DNA of 64,000 nucleotides, from NCBI GenBank assembly GCA_041481445.1, contig JBGPBV010000016.1, positions 12,432 to 76,431 of the forward strand. Direction: 5' to 3'. Origin of the DNA: Vicinamibacteria bacterium (GTDB lineage Bacteria; Acidobacteriota; Vicinamibacteria; Fen-336). A program made the translations under genes and the position numbers. This document shows, piece by piece, positions 57,570-64,000 of this stretch (within the stretch, counting starts at the first letter, position 1; each line of letters starts with the position of its first letter). The notes beneath the pieces are model-generated. The model ran no database searches. It was not told the origin of the DNA and saw nothing but the letters and a program-made list of their open reading frames with translations.

Positions 57570-58382
57570 TCAGGTCGCCCACCATCCGGGCCAGCGCCAG
57601 CTCCGCGTCCCGCGTCTGGGAAGCCGCGCTCCATCGCGGCCCCGAACCGGCCTTGCGTCTCGGGGCTGCACGCGCCCTCGCCGAAGAGCTCGGAATCGCG
57701 ACGGAAGTCCTCGGCCGGAGCAAGCGCGATGGCATTGATCCGGTCCTTGAGCGCGACCGGGCCGGCGGCCGGAAACCCGGCGATCCGTTGCGCGAGCGAT
57801 CGCACGAAATCGCCGAGAGCGCTGGCGGGCAACGCCCGGTTGATCCAGCCGTACCGTTCCGCCAGGTCCGCGTCGCAATCCTCCGCGCTCAACATGACTT
57901 CGAGCGCCCGCCCGCGGCCCATGAGACGCGTCAAGTGCTGGACACCGCCCGCGCCGGGGATCAGGCCGAATGCCTGCTCCGGCTGCCCGAAAATCGCCGA
58001 CTCTCGCGCGGCAAAGCGCATGTCGCACCGCCAGCACGAACTCGCTGCCCGCGCCGCGCACGCGTCCCTCGATCTGGGCGATGGTGACGAAGCGGCTTGC
58101 GCTCAGGTGGCGAAACAGGAGGCCGATCGACGCTTCGCCGGTCAGCTTCGCCGCCTCCTGCCGGTACTCGCCTATCCGCGTCACATCGACGTGTGAAATG
58201 AAATAGTCGGGGTCGGCGCTCGTGAACACGAGCACCCGGACCGCGTCGTCGGCCTCGGCCCGCTGAATCAGGGACACCAGATCGCGGACCATTTCGGGCC
58301 CGAGGAGGTTCGTGGGCGGGGCCGCAATGGCAACGAACAGAACGGCCCCTTGCTGGCGCACCGTGAGGGTCTCGAGAGCCAT
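57570..58382 (-). pseudogene. enoyl-CoA hydratase/isomerase (crotonase) gene with +1 frameshift
   Basis: The N-terminal 120 aa are in one frame (MALETLTVRQQGAVLFVAIAAPP...GAGSEFVLA). The continuation CDMRFAARESAIFGQPEQAFGLIPGAGG... is in another frame, caused by an extra G at about 58030 (CTGGCGGTGCGAC). No in-frame stop lies at the expected C-terminus. Confidence 0.6.
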
Positions 58383-58390
58383 GGCGACTC

Positions 58391-59677
58391 CTACCGCAAC
58401 GACCGGAACGCCGCCCGGACCTCTTCGGAGAACAGCTGCGGCTGCTCCCAGGCCGCGAAGTGACGGCCCTTGTCCACCTCATGGAAGTAGATCAGGTTGC
58501 GGTACGTTCTCTCCACCCAGGTTCGTGGCGCACGCCAGATCTCGCCGGCGAAGACCGTGAATGCCGTGGGAACGGTGACGTCCCCCTTGTAAACGAGGCG
58601 CGCGTTCTCCCAGTAGAGCCGCGCGGCGGACGCGCCCGTGTTGGTGACCCAGTAGAGCGTGATGTTGTCGAGGATCTCGTCTCGCGTCAGTTCGCCCTCG
58701 GGGTGTCCTTCGAAGGCGTGCGCGATTTGCTCATAGGAGTGCGGGTCGTGATCGAGCATCCAGGCGGCGAGGCCGGCGGGGGTCTCCGCGAGGCTGTAGC
58801 CTATGGTCTGCGGGCGCGTGGCCTGCATGGCGAGATAGGCCAGAGCCAGGGCACTGCGTTGATCGAAAGCGGCCTTCTCCTTCTCGGATAGTCCGGCTGG
58901 CGCCGGGTCGTGCGTGGCGACCGCCCGCGAGATCTCCGGCGGGATGTTCAAGAGCAGGTTCATGTGGATGCCCAGCAGGCCCGGCGGCGCCTGGCGCGCC
59001 AGCGCCTCCGAGACTTTCGCGCCCCAGTCGCCGCCCTGCGACACGTAGCGCGTGTAGCCCAGGCGCTTCATCAACGTGTCCCAGGCGCGGGCGATGCGGT
59101 CGGTGTTCCAGCCGGCCGTGGTCGGTTTGCCTGAAAACCCGTAGCCCGGCATGGACGGAATCACCACATCGAACGCGTCCGACGCGCTCCCGCCATGTGC
59201 CGTGGGATTGGTGAGGAGATCGATGATCTTCAGCTCCTCGATGATCGAGCCAGGCCATCCGTGCGTGACGATGAGCGGCAAGGCATTCTTGTCTTTCGAA
59301 CGAACGTGAATGAAATGGATGTCCAGCCCATCGATCGTCGTCACGAACTGGGGCAAGGCATTGAGCTTTGCCTCCGCCTTCCGCCAGTCGTAGTCGGTCT
59401 GCCAGTAGCGCACCAGCTCCTTCATCGTCGCCGACTGGACGCCCTGCGATTGATCCGTAACCGTTTCCTGGTCGGGCCACCGGGTCGCGGCCAGGCGCCG
59501 CCGGAGGTCGACGAGCGTCTCTTCCGGAACGTGGACCTGGAAGGGACGGATGGCGCTGTCGTTGCCGCCCGCGGCCACGGCCGCCGTCCCCGTCGGCAGC
59601 CCGATCACCATCACCATGAACATGACGGTGCCGATTCGGTGTGCCACGCGGTGGGCCGGTCGTTCGAGTGGCTTCAT
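58391..59677 (-). CDS. epoxide hydrolase, paralog of 53213..54514
   Basis: About 75% identical to EH1 over the full length. Signal peptide. Confidence 0.85.
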   Translation of the reverse strand: MKPLERPAHRVAHRIGTVMFMVMVIGLPTGTAAVAAGGNDSAIRPFQVHVPEETLVDLRRRLAATRWPDQETVTDQSQGVQSATMKELVRYWQTDYDWRKAEAKLNALPQFVTTIDGLDIHFIHVRSKDKNALPLIVTHGWPGSIIEELKIIDLLTNPTAHGGSASDAFDVVIPSMPGYGFSGKPTTAGWNTDRIARAWDTLMKRLGYTRYVSQGGDWGAKVSEALARQAPPGLLGIHMNLLLNIPPEISRAVATHDPAPAGLSEKEKAAFDQRSALALAYLAMQATRPQTIGYSLAETPAGLAAWMLDHDPHSYEQIAHAFEGHPEGELTRDEILDNITLYWVTNTGASAARLYWENARLVYKGDVTVPTAFTVFAGEIWRAPRTWVERTYRNLIYFHEVDKGRHFAAWEQPQLFSEEVRAAFRSLR

Positions 59678-59694
59678 TGCGATGTCCTCCACAC

Positions 59695-59765
59695 ACATGA
59701 AACCAGACGCGCAACGTCCGATCCATTAGACTAAGGTATCGACGACACTCTCGTATCGCTCCACC
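59695..59765. repeat. intergenic cassette E (inverted core GGTATCGACGACACT plus CCATTAGAC) upstream of EH2
   Basis: The core 15-mer matches B in reverse orientation. Flank halves are shared with A. Confidence 0.55.
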
Positions 59766-59787
59766 GCCTGTGCGGCGGAGGTCAAGC

Positions 59788-60468
59788 TCAGAACCTGTCG
59801 GCCTGGGGATCCCAGAACGTGTCCGTCAGGCCGATCCGCGCGAAGATCTGCCTGATCTCGCTCGCGTCAGGCCGATGCGCTTGGGGGCTCAGACGGTTCG
59901 AATACCACGCCATGGCCATCTGCCAGAGCTGTGGAAGCGTCGCCGTGGGGCGCCGCGGCTGTTGGAGCGCGGTGCACCAGTCGTTCAATGCCTCTTCCGA
60001 CCGGAAGAACAGCATCAGGCTTCAAGTGAACACGATGTCGTTCCACCATTTCGACGCGGGAACGACGCAGTGGAACCGCCATCCCGAAGACGGCGGCCCG
60101 TCCGGGGTCAGATGAAGGACAAGCGGTTCGAGTGTCTGCTCGCAACGGGAGAGAACGCTACCGGTCCCGCCCAGCGCGGCGACGACACCGAACGCGTCCC
60201 ACGCGCAGTTTGCGAAGTACTCCGCTGCGTTCACCGTCGCCCGATGCTGGGTGGGGACGCCGGAAAACGGCGGTGCCATCCGAATGGATGCGAAATCGCC
60301 AGCGGGCAAGAGCATTCGTTTGGCGTACAGCCGGCGATACCCGTCCCGGACTTGCTCGCTCGTGGCGCCGACCGCCTCGCGCATGGCATCCAGCGTTGGA
60401 GACTGACCCGTGGTCGCGAAATGCCGATACACGGCCGTCCGCAAGGTCACATCAAAGGTGTCGTCCAC
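59788..60468 (-). pseudogene. alkylmercury-lyase (MerB)-like gene disrupted into two ORFs
   Basis: ORF 60022..60468 matches MerB through ...NCAWDAFG...RFHCVV. ORF 59788..60015 in another frame continues MLFFRSEEALNDW.... About 36-40 non-homologous nucleotides lie between the two. Confidence 0.5.
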
Positions 60469-60618
60469 ACTTCACTCCGATGTCTTCCACGCACATGATA
60501 CCAGGACACGCGACGCTCGATGTTGCGGGAAGTCGTTGACAGGAACTGCGTTGGCGGTGGATGACGCGCACCTCAGCCGCGCCGTCCACCGCACGGCCTT
60601 TGAACTACCGTCGCCAGC

Positions 60619-60712
60619 GGCGCGAAGACGCCGGACACGATGGCCCCGCGAGCCCAATGTTCCATTGGACGAAGGTGTCGTCGATACCTTCGTCCCGGTC
60701 GCGACGGTGGCC
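60619..60712. repeat. intergenic cassette B (paralog of A) with GGTGTCGTCGATACC
   Basis: Directly compared with A. Lies between the MerB-like start and the SDR 60726..61457 stop. Confidence 0.7.
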
Positions 60713-60725
60713 CGCTCCGCTAGCG

Positions 60726-61457
60726 CTAGCCGGCCACGAGCTGCTGCCCGCCGTCGATGTCGTAGGTCGCGCCCGTGAGGGCGGTGTTGATCATGATGTG
60801 TACGGCGAGCGCGGCGACGTCGGCCGGTCCGACGACACGCCGGATGGGAAGCGTGGCGCGGAGCTGATTGCGGCGGTCTTCGAGCTGATCGCCGAGGAGC
60901 GATGCCGACAACGGTGTGTCCACGAAGCCGGCGGCGATGAGGTTGACTCGGACGGGTGCGAGCTCGAGCGCGAGGTTCTTCGTCAGGGCGGGAAGCGCGG
61001 CGGTGAGAGCCGAGATGAACGCGAGTCCCGCCGCCGGGCGGCGGCCACCGGTGCCGCCCATGAAGAGCAGGGTCCCTCCCGGACGAACCTTGCTCGCGGC
61101 GTTCCGGGCGACCTGCAGCGGCAGCAAGAGATGGGCGTCCACGTCCCGGCGTGCCGCTTCCACGTCGAACGCCGCCAGCGGCGCGTAGTAGGGACCGGGG
61201 CCCGTGACCAGCACGTGGTCGATCGGCCTGGGCAGCTCGTGGAAGAACCTCCCGAGCCGTTCGAAGTCGGTGGCGTCGAAGGCGGTGATGCGGGCCCCAA
61301 GCTCGAGGCCGGCGCGGTGCAGGCGATCCGGGTCGCGCGCGGTGAGGATCACGTCGGCTCCCTCGGCGCGGGCGCGCCGGGCCGTCTCGAGGCCGATGCC
61401 CGAGCTGCCGCCGATCACGACGACAGTCTGCCCGGCGAGCTCAGGCTTGCCGCTCAT
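60726..61457 (-). CDS. SDR-family oxidoreductase
   Basis: VVVIGGSSGIG Rossmann motif. C-terminal YDIDGGQ. Confidence 0.85.
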   Translation of the reverse strand: MSGKPELAGQTVVVIGGSSGIGLETARRARAEGADVILTARDPDRLHRAGLELGARITAFDATDFERLGRFFHELPRPIDHVLVTGPGPYYAPLAAFDVEAARRDVDAHLLLPLQVARNAASKVRPGGTLLFMGGTGGRRPAAGLAFISALTAALPALTKNLALELAPVRVNLIAAGFVDTPLSASLLGDQLEDRRNQLRATLPIRRVVGPADVAALAVHIMINTALTGATYDIDGGQQLVAG

Positions 61458-61589
61458 GGTCGTTCCTTTGCGCCCTCACTTGACCGGCACGGACCTCTTT
61501 CTGGTCGCACCACCATGGTGCAGGAACAGAGTAGAGCGCGCACCCATTCGCAGGCGTCCCACGATCGAGTGCTTGTGCGCTACGTCGGG

Positions 61590-61730
61590 CGCGAAGGCGG
61601 CGACATACACGAATCCCGCCACCTCTGCATCCTACCCGGCTTCGGTAATCACCGCACCGCCGTAGGAGTGGCCGACGAGGATCACCGGGCCGCTCACCGC
61701 GGTAGAGGGGGTGTGCGTTTCTCTTTGATC
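61590..61730 (-). pseudogene. fragment of an alpha/beta hydrolase paralogous to 24050..24841, with in-frame stop
   Basis: The DNA at 61600-61700 is about 80% identical to 24480-24580. It translates to GPVILVGHSYGGAVITEAG*DAEVAGFVYVAAFAPD with no flanking coding frame. Confidence 0.5.
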
Positions 61731-61778
61731 AATCGCGGGAGCTACGAACGCCGTGCTCGCCGCTCGGCCGCCGCTCCC

Positions 61779-62714
61779 TCAGCGCTCGGGGGCGTCGCGG
61801 GCGAGGGCCAGGACCGGGGCGCGCGGCAGCGCCGGTCTCGGCGTGACCGAGGGCGCGGGGGAAGCCGCGGGTGCCCTGGGGTCCAGGCGCGCCTGCCGCA
61901 CTCCCATCGCCACGAGCAGTCCGTTGAGGATCGCCTGCGGCCGCGGCGGGCACCCCGGAACGTAGACATCGACCGGGAGCACGTGGTCGACGCCTCCGAT
62001 GGAGGCATAGGTGCCTTCACCGAAGATCCCGCCACTGCATCCGCAGGCGCCCACGGCGACGACGACCCGCGGCTCCGGCGCCGCTTCGTAGGTCCTCACG
62101 AGCGCGATCTCCATGTTCCGCGTGACGGGGCCGGTGACGAGGAGGAGGTCCGCGTGCCGTGGGCTGGCCACGAAATGGATGCCAAAGCGTTCGAGGTCGA
62201 AGACCGGATTCGCGGTGGCCGTGATCTCGAGCTCGCAACCGTTGCAGCTCCCGGCGTCCACCTCGCGGACGTGAAGCGAGCGTCCCAGCAACCCATGGAT
62301 CCGCGCGCGGAGGCGAGCCGCGGACTCCCCGAGCCCGGGACCGGGTTGAACCTCCATGTGCGTGAACCGGGCGAGGCCCGTGCCGTCCACTTCGAACGAC
62401 GCGGTCTGCGTGAGCTGCTCGCGGGTGTAGGCGGCGACGTCGACGTCGTGTCCGGAGGCCACCACTTGCGGCGGACACGCGTCCACGCACTCACGGCACT
62501 GGATGCAGGCGGCATAGGACAGCGAGAGCTGCCGGCGGTCGGGGGCGGGCGCCTTGAGCTGGATGGCGCCCGTGGGGCAGGCGCGCGCGCACTGCTCGCA
62601 GGCGGTACAGCGGGCGAAATCGATCACGGGGAAACCGAACGGCGGCCTGGCTCGGAACGGGTCCGCCTTCGTCACCACTCCGGTCTTGAGGCTCTTCGAC
62701 AGGATGCGGAACAC
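61779..62714 (-). CDS. fusion of 2x[4Fe-4S] ferredoxin (HycF/NuoI-like) with hydrogenase-small-subunit/NuoB-like (HycG-like) domain
   Basis: A GGAGGAG RBS precedes the GTG at 62714. Ferredoxin clusters CTACEQCARACP and CIQCRECVDACP. Then GSCNGCELE, GACGCSGG and GCPPRP cluster motifs, nearly collinear with E. coli HycG. Confidence 0.8.
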   Translation of the reverse strand: MFRILSKSLKTGVVTKADPFRARPPFGFPVIDFARCTACEQCARACPTGAIQLKAPAPDRRQLSLSYAACIQCRECVDACPPQVVASGHDVDVAAYTREQLTQTASFEVDGTGLARFTHMEVQPGPGLGESAARLRARIHGLLGRSLHVREVDAGSCNGCELEITATANPVFDLERFGIHFVASPRHADLLLVTGPVTRNMEIALVRTYEAAPEPRVVVAVGACGCSGGIFGEGTYASIGGVDHVLPVDVYVPGCPPRPQAILNGLLVAMGVRQARLDPRAPAASPAPSVTPRPALPRAPVLALARDAPER

Positions 62715-62722
62715 GTCTCCTC

Positions 62723-64000
62723 CTAGAGGTCGTTGCCGGAATAGGACAGGTTGAAGCTCTTGTTGATCACCGGAAAGTCGGGAAGGATGTTGCCGGGCAC
62801 CGCGTGCGCGAGCCCCTGCCAGTTCTTGAAGCTCGGATCCGTCACCTTGACCCGGCGGAGGCGTCCCTCTCCATCCGTCTGGACCCAGTGCAGGCACTCG
62901 CCGCGCCAGCCTTCGGCCCAGCCGACGGCCGAGGAGGAAGGCGGCAGCGCGTCCGGCAACGGGCTCGACACCCCCCCCTCGGGCAGGTCCTCGAGCACGT
63001 GGCGGAGGATGTCCAGGGACTGCTCCACCTCGCGCGCGCGGATCATGAAGCGGGCGCGGACGTCTCCTCCCTCCTCGACGGGGACGACGAAGCGCAGCCC
63101 CGCGTAGGCGTCATGAGGCTGGTCGCGCCGGAGGTCGAGGTCGAGGCCGGACGCCCGCCCGGCCAGGCCGACGACGCCGAAGTCCCGGGCGACGTGCGTC
63201 GGCAGGATGCCCGTCCCGTCGACGCGGTCCGTGAAATTGCCGGAGTCGACGAGCAGCGTCACCAGATCGTCGAACTCGCGCTGCAGCCCCTCGAGCTCCA
63301 GCAGGATCTCGCGGCGGCGGCCGAGGGCGAGGTCGCACTTCACGCCCCCGAGGGCGACGGTGCCGCGCAGCGTGCGTGAGCCGAACAGGCGCTCCTGCAT
63401 GCTGACGAGCCCCTCGCGCAGGATCTGGGCGCGCGCGGCGGGAACCGTGAACGCCACGTCGGTGGCGATGCCGGCGATGTCGGCGACGTGGTTGTAGACG
63501 CGCTCGAGCTCGAGGAGGACGACGCGCAGGTGTCGTGCCCGCGGCGGCGGCTCGACTCCGGCGAGCCGCTCGATCGCGTGCGCAAAGGCCAGGGCGTGCC
63601 CGACGGCCGTGTCGCCGGAGATCGATTCCGCGAGGAAGAGGCCGTGCCGCCAGGGCAGTCGCTCGAAGCGCTTCTCCGTGCCCTTGTGCGTGTAGAACAG
63701 CCGGACCTGCAGGTAGAGGATCGGCTCGCCGGCGACGCCGAACCGGAAGTGACCGGGCTCGATGATGCCCGCGTGGACCGGTCCGACCGGGACATGGAAC
63801 ACGCCCTCTCCCGTCACCGGCCGATAGGGACGGGCCTGTCCCCCGACGCGCGGGACGACCTGGCGGTCGTCGAGATCCTTCCGGAGCGGCCAGACGTTCT
63901 CCGGCCAGTCGTCGTGAAGAGCCACACGGCTCCGGTTGGGATGGCCCTCGGGCACGAGGCCGAAGTAGTCCATGACCTCGCGCTCGAACCAATTGGCCAC
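62723..64000 (-). CDS. NuoC-NuoD-fused hydrogenase-large-subunit-like protein (HycE-like) lacking NiFe-ligand cysteines; 5' end outside window
   Basis: GPVHAGIIEPGHFRF and ELERVYNHV blocks as in HycE. The N-terminal RxCGxC site reads AESISGDTAV and the C-terminal DPCxxC reads NLSYSGNDL. The ORF is open to the window end. Confidence 0.85.
   Translation of the reverse strand: MANWFEREVMDYFGLVPEGHPNRSRVALHDDWPENVWPLRKDLDDRQVVPRVGGQARPYRPVTGEGVFHVPVGPVHAGIIEPGHFRFGVAGEPILYLQVRLFYTHKGTEKRFERLPWRHGLFLAESISGDTAVGHALAFAHAIERLAGVEPPPRARHLRVVLLELERVYNHVADIAGIATDVAFTVPAARAQILREGLVSMQERLFGSRTLRGTVALGGVKCDLALGRRREILLELEGLQREFDDLVTLLVDSGNFTDRVDGTGILPTHVARDFGVVGLAGRASGLDLDLRRDQPHDAYAGLRFVVPVEEGGDVRARFMIRAREVEQSLDILRHVLEDLPEGGVSSPLPDALPPSSSAVGWAEGWRGECLHWVQTDGEGRLRRVKVTDPSFKNWQGLAHAVPGNILPDFPVINKSFNLSYSGNDL

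Noticed and set aside
54562-62726. Similar N-termini (MFHWTMVSAIPSYRSRR / MFHWTKVSSIPSSRSRR) of ORFs 54562..55368(+), 60561..62726(+), 60472..60657(-) and the 5' extension of 53213..54658
   Set aside because: They arise from translating the repeated about-100-nt cassettes A and B. The downstream sequence is non-coding-like, and codon differences between copies are not biased to synonymous positions.
61779-64000. Considered a genuine [NiFe] group-4 hydrogenase (formate hydrogenlyase)
   Set aside because: Both pairs of Ni-Fe ligand cysteines in the large subunit are substituted, so I call it Ehr-type or hydrogenase-like instead.
1-64000. Searched intergenic regions for tRNA (T-arm GTTCGAATC-like), rRNA, CRISPR repeats, IS inverted repeats and integrase or transposase genes
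   Set aside because: None recognised by eye. The only repeat families found are the short regulatory-like cassettes and gene-fragment duplications listed above.

Overview
This is a 64 kb, roughly 70% GC bacterial chromosomal window. The gene content suggests a Myxococcota-like or similar GC-rich soil bacterium, though this is an inference. The evidence is a Ser/Thr kinase–AAA–TPR STAND protein, an FHA–sigma-54 activator, Tat signals, a HEAT-fused transporter, and many genes whose stop and start codons overlap (ATGA, GTGA, TGATG). I support about 60 protein-coding genes or gene remnants. Most Arg/Pro-rich ORFs in the six-frame track are alternative-frame artefacts of GC-rich coding DNA. I found no rRNA, tRNA, CRISPR array, transposase or integrase.

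Main content, 5'->3':
- A MarR–YceI pair.
- A fusion of an inositol-monophosphatase-family domain to an ADP-ribosylglycohydrolase, divergent from a multi-zinc-ribbon protein.
- An FHA–sigma-54 activator, a HEAT-fused membrane transporter and a roughly 1,290-aa Ser/Thr kinase–AAA–TPR protein.
- A polysaccharide-modification operon (SGNH hydrolase, GT4 glycosyltransferase, unknown exported protein).
- A long minus-strand gene run from about 37.6 kb to 23.7 kb that includes zwf–glgP–pgm.
- Within that run, a four-gene coupled operon encoding an alpha/beta hydrolase, a redox-dead cNMP/glutaredoxin-like/TrxR-like protein, a pseudo-histidine-kinase and a NarL-type response regulator.
- A GH16-like lipoprotein coupled to a beta-propeller HisKA_3 sensor kinase.
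- A detoxification-type gene set (two paralogous epoxide hydrolases, several alpha/beta hydrolases, MBL, VOC, SDRs, redoxins, tandem DUF3237).
- The start of a cysteine-less formate-hydrogenlyase-like (Ehr-type) module at the 3' edge.

The most interesting features are:
- A pseudo-sensor that lacks both the phospho-acceptor His (H->Y) and the ATPase domain, and is a chimera of domains from two genes 15 kb away.
- A family of roughly 60-100 nt intergenic cassettes carrying a 7-1-7 imperfect palindrome (GGTGTCG-N-CGATACC) and sigma70-like -35/-10 elements upstream of the hydrolase and oxidoreductase genes.
- A dense gene-decay zone at 54.5-61.8 kb with truncations, single-nucleotide frameshifts and gene fragments.
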